The notes under the pieces: generated by a model
Seen by the model: the letters and a program-made list of their open reading frames with translations, nothing else
The model's database searches: none
What the model was told of the DNA's origin: nothing
Made by a program: the position numbers and the translations under genes
Origin: an uncultured delta proteobacterium
GTDB lineage: Bacteria > Desulfobacterota > Binatia > UBA9968
Assembly: GCA_963727625.1 (NCBI GenBank)
Contig: CAVSHR010000007.1
Span: 143,878 to 207,877 of the forward strand
Reading direction: 5' to 3'
DNA: 64,000 bases
Shown: in pieces, positions 1-9,677 of the stretch
Layout: each line of letters begins with the position of its first letter
Numbering within the stretch: the stretch's first letter is position 1

Positions 1-534
1 GCGGTCGTTGAGGCTCAAAATCTGCGTGTAAAAATTAGTCACATCGCCGGTGACCACCAGGCGCAGCGCCTCTCGGTCGTAGCGGCTCGCCTCGGTGCGG
101 TCGTCGGCCGATTTCGCGGCGTTGCGGTTTTTGCCCCACAGATCCACTTCGTAGCTAATGCTGCCGCCGCCGCGCGCCGCGTTGGTGTCTTTCGGGTCTT
201 GATAGGTGCGCGAGGCCGAGCCGCTGGCATTGATCGTCGGATAGAGCGGCGAGGCGGCGACCTTCGCCTGCGCACGCGCCTGTTCGATGCGCTGCAGCGC
301 GGCTTCCAGATCGAGATTTTGCGCCAGGGCGATTTCCACCAGGCGATCGAGATCGGCGCTGCCGAGATCGCGCCAGAACGGCGCGCTGCCCGGTTGCGCG
401 TTCATGCCGACTCCCGCAACGCTGCTCCAGCCGGCGGGAATGGCCATATCCGGACGCTGATAGCCGGGCGCCAGGCTGCAAGCCGACACAGCCAGCGAGA
501 GGGCGATGGTACCGTTCAACAGTTGTTTACCCAT
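1..534 (-). CDS. Outer-membrane efflux lipoprotein (NodT/OprM/TolC family), 3' end runs off window
   Basis: Not in the ORF track; manual translation from ATG 534 gives MGKQLLNGTIALSLAVSAC-SLAPGYQRP (lipobox) ... ISYEVDLWGKNRNAA; GAGG RBS; lies directly downstream of macB. Confidence 0.88.
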   Translation of the reverse strand, partial: MGKQLLNGTIALSLAVSACSLAPGYQRPDMAIPAGWSSVAGVGMNAQPGSAPFWRDLGSADLDRLVEIALAQNLDLEAALQRIEQARAQAKVAASPLYPTINASGSASRTYQDPKDTNAARGGGSISYEVDLWGKNRNAAKSADDRTEASRYDREALRLVVTGDVTNFYTQILSLNDR

Positions 535-542
535 GATGCACC

Positions 543-2480
543 TCATTCGGAAGCCAACGCGACCACCGGATCGAGCTGCGCCGCTTGGCGCGCCGGCAGG
601 TAGCCGAAGATCAATCCGGTCGCCGAAGCGCAAACGAAGGCGAGCAGCGCCGGCGTGATCGAAAAAATTACCGCCATGCCGCTGGTGCGCAGCACCAGGC
701 CGGCGCCGACGCCGACGAGAATTCCCAAAACGCCGCCGGCGGCGCAGACCACCGCGGCTTCGATGTTGAATTGCAGCAAAATGTCGAGCATGCGCGCACC
801 GGTGGCCATGCGGATGCCGATCTCGCGGGTGCGCTCGACGACGCTCACCAGCATGATGTTCATCACGCCGATGCCGCCGACCAGCAGAGAAATTGCCGCC
901 ACCGTGCCCAACAGCAGCGTAAAGGTGTCTTGGGTTTCCATTGCCGCTTGGAGATAAGACGCCATGTTGCGCACGCTGAAGTCTTCGGTTCGATGGCGCG
1001 CTTTCAGCAAGGTTTCGACGCTCGCCTGGGTGCCCTGGATGTCGGTTGTGTCGGAGACCTTGATCGTGATGCTGCTCAGATAGTTTTTACCGAAGATGCG
1101 CACCAGGCCGGTGGTGATCGGCACGAAGATCACGTCATCCTGATCGCTGCCAAAGGGCGACGCGCCTTTTTCGCTCATCACGCCGATCACCAGAAAAGGC
1201 ACGTTCTTCATCAAAATATACTTCCCGATGGGGTCGCGGCCGTCTGGAAAAAGCGTCTTGGCGACGGTTTTCCCGAGCACGACGATCGCCGCGTAGTGCT
1301 TCACATCGTCAGTATTGAAGAACACCCCTTCGGCCACCGGCCAGTCGCGCGCCGAGGGAAATTCGGCGCCGGTGCCCTGGACGGAAGTCTGGTAGTCGAT
1401 GTTGCCGAAGCGCACGGTGGCGCGGCCGTTGCGCTCGGGCAACGCGGTTTCGATATTCGGCAAGGCTTTGATCGCTTCGGCGTCATCCGGCACCAGGGTT
1501 GCGATGTCGCCGGAGTTACGCATGCCCGCGGCGCCGGGCCGGATCAACATCAAGTTGGTGCCAAAGGAGCTGATGCGATCGAGAACTTTCTGGCGGCTGC
1601 CTTCGCCCACGGCAAGCATTGCCACCACGGCGGCGACGCCGATGATGATGCCGAGCAGGGTCAGCGAGGTGCGAAACAGATTGACCCGGAGCGAGCGCCA
1701 CGCCGTGGTCAGGGCCTCTTGCGCGCTGGCGGCGAGGCCGACACCGTCGCTCAGTTCGTGCCCAATTTCGTCGGTGGCAGCGTCAGCGCTTGCGCCTGCG
1801 CCGGTATCTTCGATGATTCGGCCGTCCTGCAGGCGCACGATCCGTTCAGCGTTTTGCGCGATGTTTTCCGCGTGGGTGATCAGGATGATCGTGCGCCCCT
1901 CGGCGTGCAGTTTGCCGAGCAGGGCCAGCACTTCGTCGCCACTCTTGCTGTCGAGCGCGCCGGTAGGCTCGTCGGCGAGGATCACCGGCGGATCGTTGAC
2001 CAGCGCCCGGGCGATGGCGACGCGCTGCTGCTGGCCGCCGGAAAGTTCCGCCGGGCGATGATCGATGCGGTCGCCGAGGCCGAGCTGCTCAAGCAGCTCG
2101 ATCGCGCGTTGGCTCCGTTTATGCTTCGGCAGACCCGCGTAAACCGAAGGAATCTCCACGTTCTCGCCCGCCGTGGCGGTTGCCAGGAGATTATACTTCT
2201 GAAACACAAAGCCGAAGGTCTCGCGGCGCAGGGCGGCGAGCTCGTCAGGCTCGAGGTGGGCGGCTTCTCTGCCCAACACCTTGTAGCTACCGGCGGTCGG
2301 CCGGTCGAGGCAACCGATGATGTTCATCAGCGTCGACTTGCCGGAGCCGCTTTGTCCCATGATCGCGACAAACTCGCCGCGGCGGATTTTTAGCGACACG
2401 CCGTCCAAGGCGCGCACCACGGTATCACCGTTTTTATAGTGCTTATGCAGGTCGCTCAGTTCGAGAATCGTCGCGTTCAT
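543..2480 (-). CDS. macB: MacB-type ABC exporter ATPase/permease fusion
   Basis: Walker A GQSGSGKST, LSGGQQQR signature, ILADEPTG, C-terminal FtsX permease (VERTREIGIRMATGA). Confidence 0.95.
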   Translation of the reverse strand: MNATILELSDLHKHYKNGDTVVRALDGVSLKIRRGEFVAIMGQSGSGKSTLMNIIGCLDRPTAGSYKVLGREAAHLEPDELAALRRETFGFVFQKYNLLATATAGENVEIPSVYAGLPKHKRSQRAIELLEQLGLGDRIDHRPAELSGGQQQRVAIARALVNDPPVILADEPTGALDSKSGDEVLALLGKLHAEGRTIILITHAENIAQNAERIVRLQDGRIIEDTGAGASADAATDEIGHELSDGVGLAASAQEALTTAWRSLRVNLFRTSLTLLGIIIGVAAVVAMLAVGEGSRQKVLDRISSFGTNLMLIRPGAAGMRNSGDIATLVPDDAEAIKALPNIETALPERNGRATVRFGNIDYQTSVQGTGAEFPSARDWPVAEGVFFNTDDVKHYAAIVVLGKTVAKTLFPDGRDPIGKYILMKNVPFLVIGVMSEKGASPFGSDQDDVIFVPITTGLVRIFGKNYLSSITIKVSDTTDIQGTQASVETLLKARHRTEDFSVRNMASYLQAAMETQDTFTLLLGTVAAISLLVGGIGVMNIMLVSVVERTREIGIRMATGARMLDILLQFNIEAAVVCAAGGVLGILVGVGAGLVLRTSGMAVIFSITPALLAFVCASATGLIFGYLPARQAAQLDPVVALASE

Positions 2481-3679
2481 AGCCGTGGTCCTCGGTTAAA
2501 GCGCTGCGGATTGTTCCGCTGGCCGCTCGCCTGGTTGGCGCCGCCGGGGCGGCTGGTGGCGATCTGATCGCCCTCGTTCAAGCCGTCGGTGACTTCCGCC
2601 AGCGTGCGGGTGACCAGCCCGACGTGGATCGTGCGCGGCTCGCGCCCGCTCGGAGTGACGACCGACACGCGATAAGCCTTGCCTTTGTCGTTATCCGCGT
2701 TCGGCGCGCGCCGGGTCAAAACTTCAGCCGGCACGATCAAGGCGTTGTCGGCCTTGCCGAGGATAAAAAATACCTGGGTCGTCATGCCGGTCATGAGCTT
2801 GCGCCCTTCGTTGTTGACGTCGATCAAGACATCGTAGAGGACCACGTCGTTGACGATTTGCGGCGAGGGCTGAATCTGCCGAACTTTGCCTTGCCAGCGG
2901 TGCTCGCTGTCACCGAGCGTGGTGAAATAAGCCGGCATGTTTTCTTTGAGCCGGCTGACGTCCGCCTCGGCGACCTGGGCGCGCACGGTCATCACGTCCA
3001 GATTGGCTACCTGCATGACCGTGGGCGCGGTTTGATTGGCGTTCAATGTTTGGCCTTCCTTGGTTGGCAAGGTGGTAACCGTGCCCGACATGGGCGCGTA
3101 GATCTTGGTGAAACCCAAGTTGGCCCGGCTCGCCTTCAAGTTGGACTCGGTCTCTTGCATCTGCGCGAGGATCGAGTCGACTTGCGCCTTGGCGACCGCC
3201 GCCTGGGATTCGCTTTCCTGAAGGACCTGCTGGCTGACCGCGTTGACCGCGATCAAATTCTGATTCCGTTTCAAATTCTGCTGCGCCAAGGTGAGCTCGG
3301 CCTTCTGTTGATTCAACTGGGCTCGCAGACTATTCAAACGCGCTTCACCGGCCTCTACCTGGGCCTGGAAAACCCGCGGATCGATTTCAGCGAGCAACTG
3401 TCCCTGCTTGACGGTATCGCCGATATCGACGTGAATGCGCTTGAGCTGTCCGGACACCTGAGTGCCGACGTCGACATATTGCCTTGACTCGAGCTTGCCT
3501 TGGGCGGTCACGACCTCTTCGATGTTGCCGCGGGTGACGGTCACGGGCTTGCCGGTGGCTTGCGGTTTCTGCGACGCGCTGCTGTACCAGTACCAGCCGC
3601 CGGCGGCGACAACGGCAACTGCCAGGAGGCCGGTCAGTTTTTTTCGCTGCGGTTTTGTCAGGGTAAATTTCCAAGTCAT
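2477..3679 (-). CDS. macA: MacA-type periplasmic adaptor (membrane fusion protein)
   Basis: N-terminal TM, VDVGTQVSGQL, coiled hairpin, IYAPMSGTV; 4-bp overlap with macB. Confidence 0.93.
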   Translation of the reverse strand: MTWKFTLTKPQRKKLTGLLAVAVVAAGGWYWYSSASQKPQATGKPVTVTRGNIEEVVTAQGKLESRQYVDVGTQVSGQLKRIHVDIGDTVKQGQLLAEIDPRVFQAQVEAGEARLNSLRAQLNQQKAELTLAQQNLKRNQNLIAVNAVSQQVLQESESQAAVAKAQVDSILAQMQETESNLKASRANLGFTKIYAPMSGTVTTLPTKEGQTLNANQTAPTVMQVANLDVMTVRAQVAEADVSRLKENMPAYFTTLGDSEHRWQGKVRQIQPSPQIVNDVVLYDVLIDVNNEGRKLMTGMTTQVFFILGKADNALIVPAEVLTRRAPNADNDKGKAYRVSVVTPSGREPRTIHVGLVTRTLAEVTDGLNEGDQIATSRPGGANQASGQRNNPQRFNRGPRL

Positions 3680-3714
3680 AGATTTGCACGTCCCTTCACC
3701 GAGGTTGTCACCTC

Positions 3715-3745
3715 TTAATACGAATCACCGGGCGCCATTCTTCGC
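3715..3745 (-). promoter_or_regulatory. Putative ECF-sigma promoter for macAB (GCGAAGA-N15-TCGTATTAA)
   Basis: Same motif and 15-nt spacing as the site upstream of the ECF sigma gene (5235-5265); the CGT -10 core is typical of ECF promoters. Confidence 0.7.
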
Positions 3746-3823
3746 CCCGCTAGTAAAAATAGCCCGGGTATTGCCGGCACTTGAAGAATCTGGAATTTCC
3801 CGGTTGAATTTGCGGCGCGCAGA

Positions 3824-4264
3824 TCAATCGGATTTGGGGGGTGGCGGCGGGCGGCGCAACAGGTCCGCGAAAGTCCGCCGTTCGTCGGGTGTCATCTCCT
3901 TGGTGATCAGCTTGATCGCCTGGCTCATGCGCTTGAACATCTCTTCGCGTAATGTCTCGTATTGATTCACCTGGCGGTCATAGGCGGCTTCGTCGAAGTT
4001 TTCGGCGCTCATGATGCGCAGGGCCTCGTTGCGCGCCGCATCCATTTGTTCGCGCAGCGGATCCCCGGCGGCGCGAATCTGGGCAAATTTTCTACGATAA
4101 CGGTCTTGCTCCGCCGCGGGCAGTTTTTTGAGCGCCTCTTCCATACGCTGTTGTCGCGTCGGCCGGCCGTCGAAACCATAGGGCACGCGCCCCAAAATCA
4201 CACCGACCAAAAGCAGATTCAGCACCAGGGAAACCAGGAACACCAACTTAAGCGTCTTGCTCAT
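3824..4264 (-). CDS. Periplasmic heavy-metal-sensor / Spy-CpxP-ZraP-like protein
   Basis: SLVLNL TM motif, helical body, C-terminal MTPDERR (LTxxQR-like) motif; sits in the ECF/anti-sigma operon. Confidence 0.75.
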   Translation of the reverse strand: MSKTLKLVFLVSLVLNLLLVGVILGRVPYGFDGRPTRQQRMEEALKKLPAAEQDRYRRKFAQIRAAGDPLREQMDAARNEALRIMSAENFDEAAYDRQVNQYETLREEMFKRMSQAIKLITKEMTPDERRTFADLLRRPPPPPKSD

Positions 4265-4581
4265 AAAAGAGCCTCATCCGAAGAGAAATAACCTGAAACG
4301 TTGGCAGTGCTGTCGTCGGCATTAGAATTACTTGCCGGCGGCAGGCTGAAGCCGATCACCGTGCCGAGGATCAACGCGCCGACAAGCACGTACGCCGGCT
4401 TCGGCAAATGAAACTCGGAGCAGATCTGGCGCATCCACTGCCACAGCGAAACCGAGCGGTTCTGCGGCAGCTGGCGCGCCTTGAAAATAATCCGCTGCGC
4501 CAAATCTGGACTGGCCGGTTCGACCCGGCGCGAGCGCAGCAGGTTGTCGAGTTTGTCGTCGCGGTTATCTTTCATAACCAC
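4261..4581 (-). CDS. Putative single-TM anti-sigma factor
   Basis: Directly downstream of the ECF sigma; short cytoplasmic N-terminus plus one TM helix. Confidence 0.65.
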   Translation of the reverse strand: MVMKDNRDDKLDNLLRSRRVEPASPDLAQRIIFKARQLPQNRSVSLWQWMRQICSEFHLPKPAYVLVGALILGTVIGFSLPPASNSNADDSTANVSGYFSSDEALL

Positions 4582-4582
4582 C

Positions 4583-5137
4583 TCACAGGTACGCTTTCAT
4601 ACGTTCTTTCAAAGTCGTCTTGGCGCGCATGATCAATGACTGCAACGCCTTCAGTTTGAGCCCCATGATCTCCGCCGCCTCCTGATTGCTGAGGTCCTCG
4701 GCAAAGCAGAGATTGAGCGCCTGGCGCTGGCGCTCGGGCAGGGCGGCGATCTCTTTTTCCAAAACTCTCTGCTCCTGGGCGCGTATCATCACCTCGTCCG
4801 CCGGCTCGCGATCGTCGATCACTGGCAGATCGTCGTCGAGAGCGGCCGGTTTTTTCTTCTTGCGCAAATCCAGGCATAAATTCACCACGACGCGATAGAA
4901 CCAGGTGGTAAACTTGCTGTTGCGCTCGGGCTGCCAGAGCGCCGGGTTCTCCCACAGCTTGAGAAAGGCGTCTTGGACCATGTCCTCGGCGGCTTCCTTG
5001 CTTTGCAAATAGCGGTAGGCGAGCCGATAAAAGCGCGCGGTGTGGCGCTCGACCAGCAGGGCGAAGGCCTGGCTGTTGCCATCCTGGATGAGCGCGAGCA
5101 GTTCGTGGTCGTCTTGGTCTGGCCCAGCCGCCGCCAT
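4583..5137 (-). CDS. ECF RNA polymerase sigma-70 factor
   Basis: Region 2 (AEDMVQDAFLKLW...FTTWFYRVVVNLCLD) and region 4 (LPERQRQAL...SNQEAAEIMG). Confidence 0.95.
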   Translation of the reverse strand: MAAAGPDQDDHELLALIQDGNSQAFALLVERHTARFYRLAYRYLQSKEAAEDMVQDAFLKLWENPALWQPERNSKFTTWFYRVVVNLCLDLRKKKKPAALDDDLPVIDDREPADEVMIRAQEQRVLEKEIAALPERQRQALNLCFAEDLSNQEAAEIMGLKLKALQSLIMRAKTTLKERMKAYL

Positions 5138-5234
5138 GGTGTTGTAGATACTGAATGGAAACTACGACTTGCAAGCTTGATCATACAACCAAAGGGCTCC
5201 GAAGATAAGGCCAGAATAGATTGCCGTTCAATGG

Positions 5235-5265
5235 TTGATACGATTGTCCGCGCGAATGTCTTCGC
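5235..5265 (-). promoter_or_regulatory. Putative autoregulatory ECF promoter (GCGAAGA-N15-TCGTATCAA)
   Basis: Matches the 3715-3745 motif in both boxes and in spacing. Confidence 0.7.
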
Positions 5266-5278
5266 GGCGTGACAAGTT

Positions 5279-5899
5279 TTATCTAATTGCTGCGTGCGGT
5301 TCGGACAGCCGTTGGTGGCCCAGGCGCTTGAATTGTTCCCGCCCGAAGTCGCTCGCGGCGTCAATCGCGCACCAAGGATAGGCCTCGGCGAAGAGCCTCA
5401 CAGTAGGCTCAAAACCGTGCAGCGGCGGAACTAAATCGCGCAGGGTGTCATACCAGGCGCGGCGCTCATCGCGGTCGATGGGGGTATCATCTCGCGCGTC
5501 GATGCGAAGGCATAGCTCCTGCCAGTCAGGAACAGAAAAACCGCATCGCAAGTTTGCCGGATAGAGGGACAGTGCGCTCAGGCGCGGCCGGGTGAAGTGT
5601 TGGCTCTCGTCGAATTCTACGATAAAAGGCGGAGCTGAAACAAAAAAATCGCAGAGCGGAACAACGGGGCTCTTGTTGAAGCCGCGCTGGCCGCGCAAGT
5701 CGCCCAGGGCGGCGCGGATTTGGTGCAAGAGTTCACCGAACGGTGTGTTCAAATAGTCATCCGGGAATGCCGACCAATCGAACGAATGATTGACCCGGCA
5801 GTCGCCGTAAATGGCTGTCAGAAGCTCGCGCACGCGAGCCTTGCAGGCGCGGCAATGGGCCGAATGTTCAGCGTTGAAGATTTCCAGGTTTGTCGACAC
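5279..5899 (-). CDS. Hypothetical protein, probable PD-(D/E)xK/Vsr-like nuclease fold
   Basis: CDFF...IVEFDESQHF motif, RDERRAWYDTLRD; start uncertain (GTG near 5899, ORF open to 5947). Confidence 0.6.
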   Translation of the reverse strand: MSTNLEIFNAEHSAHCRACKARVRELLTAIYGDCRVNHSFDWSAFPDDYLNTPFGELLHQIRAALGDLRGQRGFNKSPVVPLCDFFVSAPPFIVEFDESQHFTRPRLSALSLYPANLRCGFSVPDWQELCLRIDARDDTPIDRDERRAWYDTLRDLVPPLHGFEPTVRLFAEAYPWCAIDAASDFGREQFKRLGHQRLSEPHAAIR

Positions 5900-5940
5900 A
5901 AGCAAAACCCTAGCACAACCAGAGCGAAGGAGAAGCAGCA

Positions 5941-8199
5941 ATGGCAAAACCCAATTCCATCATCGGCGCGCGCGTCCGGCGCGTCGAAGGCGCGGACAAG
6001 GTCAGCGGTCAAGCGGTCTACGGCGCCGATGTTCATTTTGCGGACGCTCTGTGGGGAAAGATTTTACGCAGCCCCTATCCCCACGCGCGGATTAAAAGCA
6101 TCGATGTCTCGAAGGCGTGGAAGGTCGATGGCGTAAGGGCGATCGTCACGGGAAAGGATGAGCCTGAGCATTATCAGGGCAAGAGCATTCGCGACATTCC
6201 GGTTTTGTGTTGGGACAAGGTGCGCTTCACTGGCGACAAAGTCGCGGCGGTGGCCGCCGAGAGCCGCGACGCGGCGGAGGAGGCGATCAATTTGATCGAG
6301 GTCGAGTACGAAGAGCTTCCGGCCGTCTTTGACGCGCTCGAAGCGATGCAGCCGGGCGCGCCGATTCTGCACGACAACGCGCCGGCCTACGATGGCGCAC
6401 CGGCGGATATCATGGCGCCGGCCGGCGGCAACCTGGTGAACAAACTCACCTGGGGCAAGGGCGATATCGAAAAAGGTTTCCGCGAGGCTGATTTGGTCCT
6501 GGAGCATACTTTTAAGATTCCGATTCACCATCAGGGCTATTTGGAGCCGCAGTCGTTTCTCGTCAAGATCGACGACGACGGCAAGGTCGATGCCTGGTCG
6601 TCGACCAAGGGACCGTTCGGAACGCGCGCGCAATTCGCCAAAGCAGTGGGCATTCCCGCCAGGCAGATTAGCATTCACGCAGTTCATGTCGGCGCCGACT
6701 TCGGCGGCAAGAGCGGCGCAGGTGAATTGCCGATTTGCTATTTCCTCGCCAAGCAAGCCAAGCGGCCGGTGAAAATCATCCTCAGCCACAGCGAAGAGCT
6801 GACGGTGATGAATCCCGATCATTACACCGTGGTGAAAGTAAAGACCGGCGTCAAGCGCGACGGGCGGATGACCGCACGCTATTTGCAAGCGATCCATGGC
6901 ACGGGAGCTTATGCCGGCATGAAGCCTGGGCGCGCCAGTATCGGCGGCGCCGGTTCGGCGACGCCGTACAAAATCGACAATACCTACATGGAAGCGCTGC
7001 AAGTCTACACCAACACGGTGCCCTGCGGCTTCTGGCGCGCGCCCGGCGCGATCCAAGCCGTGTTCGCATCCGAGTCGCACATGGATCTGATCGCCCGCGA
7101 GCTTAAGATGGACCCGGCGAAGTTTCGCATGATCAATCTGGTCGGCGAGGGCGAAGAAAACGGCCTCGGCAAATCCTGGAGCGGTGTCAAAGCCAAGGAG
7201 ACGCTGCAGGCCGCGTTGGGCGCCGCCGGTTGGAAGAGCTCCAAGCGTCCCTACGTCGGCCGCGGTGTGGCGATGTACGAGCGCGGCACCGGCGCCGGCA
7301 AGGTATGGGTGAATTTAACCGCCGAAGCCGACGGCACTTTGACCGTGTTCACCGTTGCCGGGGATCAAGGAACGGGGCTACAGACGATTTTGTGCCAGAC
7401 GGTGGCCGCCGAGATGCAGGTGCCCTACGAAAAAGTGCACTGTCGCATCGGCAATACTGCGGATGTTTCTTACAGCGTCGACGTCGGTTTCGGCGGCAGC
7501 CGCTCGACCAACATCAACAGCGCCGCGGCATTTCAAGCGAGCGGCGAGCTGCGCAAGAAGCTTATGGCCCAAGCGGCCAAACTTTTCGGCTGCGCCGAGG
7601 ATCAACTGGTTTACAACAACGGCAAATTTTCCGTCAAAGGTGGAAAAAGCAAAGCGCTGTCTTTAAGCGACGTCGTCAAGGCGAGCGGCGGGCCGGTGAC
7701 GGTGAGCGTCGAGACCGAAGTGCCGCGCAAGGGCTCGTCCACGTCGTTCATCGCTCAGGTTGCGGAGGTGGAGGTCGATCCGGAAACCGGCCGGGTCAAG
7801 CTGCGCAACTTCGTCAGCGCCCACGACGTCGGCACGATCATCAATCCGATCGGCCATCAGGGGCAGATCGACGGCGAGGCGATCATGGCGATCGGCTCGG
7901 GCTTGATGGAAGAGTTGATCGACGATCAGGGGAAAGTGATCACGACAAACCTGGGCGAATACAAAATTCCCAACATCGTCGATATCCCGCGCTTCAAAAC
8001 GGTCTTGGTCAAAGGCAAGAACGGCCCCGGCCCCTACGAGGCCAAGGGCATCGGCGAACACGCCAACGTGAGCCCGCCGGCGGCCATCGCCAACGCCATT
8101 CACGACGCCTGCGGCGTGCGCTTGTTCGAAATACCCGCGACAGCCGAGCGGGTGTATCGGGAGTTAAAAAGGCAAGAGGCAATCGGCAATAGGCAATAG
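5941..8199 (+). CDS. Xanthine dehydrogenase-family molybdopterin-binding (large) subunit
   Basis: LRSPYPHARI, GADFGGK, AHDVGTIINP...GQIDG, KGIGE, ANAIHDACGVR. Confidence 0.95.
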   Translation: MAKPNSIIGARVRRVEGADKVSGQAVYGADVHFADALWGKILRSPYPHARIKSIDVSKAWKVDGVRAIVTGKDEPEHYQGKSIRDIPVLCWDKVRFTGDKVAAVAAESRDAAEEAINLIEVEYEELPAVFDALEAMQPGAPILHDNAPAYDGAPADIMAPAGGNLVNKLTWGKGDIEKGFREADLVLEHTFKIPIHHQGYLEPQSFLVKIDDDGKVDAWSSTKGPFGTRAQFAKAVGIPARQISIHAVHVGADFGGKSGAGELPICYFLAKQAKRPVKIILSHSEELTVMNPDHYTVVKVKTGVKRDGRMTARYLQAIHGTGAYAGMKPGRASIGGAGSATPYKIDNTYMEALQVYTNTVPCGFWRAPGAIQAVFASESHMDLIARELKMDPAKFRMINLVGEGEENGLGKSWSGVKAKETLQAALGAAGWKSSKRPYVGRGVAMYERGTGAGKVWVNLTAEADGTLTVFTVAGDQGTGLQTILCQTVAAEMQVPYEKVHCRIGNTADVSYSVDVGFGGSRSTNINSAAAFQASGELRKKLMAQAAKLFGCAEDQLVYNNGKFSVKGGKSKALSLSDVVKASGGPVTVSVETEVPRKGSSTSFIAQVAEVEVDPETGRVKLRNFVSAHDVGTIINPIGHQGQIDGEAIMAIGSGLMEELIDDQGKVITTNLGEYKIPNIVDIPRFKTVLVKGKNGPGPYEAKGIGEHANVSPPAAIANAIHDACGVRLFEIPATAERVYRELKRQEAIGNRQ

Positions 8200-8231
8200 T
8201 TGAAGAAGGCTTGAGGCGAGAGGCGTGAGGG
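8170..8231 (+). repeat. Heptamer-periodic (A/C)GGCnnn array overlapping the XDH stop codon
   Basis: aggcaag aggcaat cggcaat aggcaat ... aggcttg aggcgag aggcgtg. Confidence 0.75.
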
Positions 8232-8256
8232 AGAGTGTAAAAATGCAGGAGGGATT

Positions 8257-9267
8257 ATGGAGAATAACCGTTACGATTTGAGAATTATTTGGGGTTTCGT
8301 TTTGGTCATGCTGACTCTAATTTCAGCACGTGGTGCAGTGGCCCAGGACAAAATCAGGATTGCCTACAGCTCCACGGATACGCTCAATCAGCTCTGGACG
8401 ATTCCCAAAGAGGTCGGTTTCTACAAGAAATACGGTCTGGATGTCGATCTGGTTTACATCGGCAGCACCACCATCGGTATCGCCGCGATCATGGCGCAAG
8501 ATGTGCCAATCGGTAACGCCGCCGGCAGCGGCGTCGCCAACGCCAACGTGCGCGGCGCCGACACCGTGAGCGTCGGTTGCATGATCAACGTTTTGGCCTA
8601 TGAGCTGGTGGTTCTCGACAGCATCAAGACGCCGGAGGATTTGAAAGGAAAATCCATCGGCATCAGCCGCTTCGGCAGCGTTTCTGACGTGGCCGCGCGC
8701 GAGCTGCTCAAGGGATTGGGTCTACGGCCGCAGGAAGACGTAAAGATCTTGCAAGTAGGCGGCGCTTCGGATCGTGCCGCCGGATTCAGCCGGGGCGTCA
8801 TCGCCGGATTTCCATCGCCGCCGGGGAACGTGAATTTGATTCCCGGCGGACTGCCGCACCGTATTCTGGCCGACATGGCCGATCAAAAAAAGCCCTATCC
8901 TTTGCCGTTTATCTGCGCGGTGACGACCAAGAGTTATCTCGCCAAGAATCGCTCCATCGTCAAGCGGGTCATGATGGCACTGATCGAAGCGTCGCATTAC
9001 TTCAAAACCAACAAAGAGGGCACGCAGAAAGTCGTCGCCAAATACCTGCGCAACGCCAATAAAGCGTACCTCGAAGCGTCGTATGCCTCGACGGTAAAAA
9101 TCCTCGAGCAGGTGCCGTACACGACCCGCGCGGGCATGAAGATCCAGCTCGACGCGGCCCTCAAGCAAAGCCCCGACAGCAAGGTGACGGTCGACAGCCT
9201 GATCGACGACAGCATCGTGCGCGAACTCGAGAAGGAAGGGTTTATCGATCGGGTGTATTCAAGATAG
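8257..9267 (+). CDS. ABC-type substrate-binding protein (NMT1/SsuA/TauA-like)
   Basis: Signal peptide, GFYKKYGLDVDLV, DLKGKSIGISRFGS. Confidence 0.9.
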   Translation: MENNRYDLRIIWGFVLVMLTLISARGAVAQDKIRIAYSSTDTLNQLWTIPKEVGFYKKYGLDVDLVYIGSTTIGIAAIMAQDVPIGNAAGSGVANANVRGADTVSVGCMINVLAYELVVLDSIKTPEDLKGKSIGISRFGSVSDVAARELLKGLGLRPQEDVKILQVGGASDRAAGFSRGVIAGFPSPPGNVNLIPGGLPHRILADMADQKKPYPLPFICAVTTKSYLAKNRSIVKRVMMALIEASHYFKTNKEGTQKVVAKYLRNANKAYLEASYASTVKILEQVPYTTRAGMKIQLDAALKQSPDSKVTVDSLIDDSIVRELEKEGFIDRVYSR

Positions 9268-9288
9268 GCAAAAGGCATTAGGCAGTAG
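9266..9288 (+). repeat. Left heptamer array of the inverted pair flanking the four-helix-bundle gene
   Basis: aggcaaa aggcatt aggcagt ag; near reverse complement of 9678-9699. Confidence 0.8.
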
Positions 9289-9318
9289 TCTGAGAAGAGC
9301 GATGTCAGCACCGCTTAC

Positions 9319-9672
9319 ATGATAAACAGTCACAAAGACTTGCTCATCTGGCAACGGTCTATGGAATTGGTTGAGTCGATTTATCGAATCACTCGGCAAT
9401 TGCCGACGAGCGAGCAGTTCGGACTAATCGCGCAAATGCGCCGAGCGGCGATCTCGGTGCCCTCGAATATCGCGGAGGGATATGGACGTCAAGCGACCGG
9501 TGAGTACAGACATCATCTGTCGTTTGGCCGAGGTTCCCTGCTAGAATTAGAAACACAATTGATGCTTTGCCAAAGACTTCAGTTTTTATCAGAAGGCGAG
9601 GCCGATGCTGTTCTCAAAGAAATCGCTGAGATTAGCAAAATGTTTGGCGCATTGATTACTAAACTGTCCTAA
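9319..9672 (+). CDS. Four helix bundle protein (23S rRNA IVP / bAvd-like family)
   Basis: HKDLLIWQRSM...EQFGLIAQMRRAAISVPSNIAEGYGR...GSLLELETQL. Confidence 0.93.
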   Translation: MINSHKDLLIWQRSMELVESIYRITRQLPTSEQFGLIAQMRRAAISVPSNIAEGYGRQATGEYRHHLSFGRGSLLELETQLMLCQRLQFLSEGEADAVLKEIAEISKMFGALITKLS

Positions 9673-9677
9673 CTAGT

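Noticed and set aside
585-2393. Long antisense ORFs (585-2393, 53849-55273, 6064-7080, 36259-37284 and similar)
   Set aside because: Shadow frames of GC-rich genes on the opposite strand, with no recognisable domains
9319-9672. Diversity-generating retroelement (Avd-like gene)
   Set aside because: No reverse transcriptase or TR/VR pair with adenine-specific mismatches in the window
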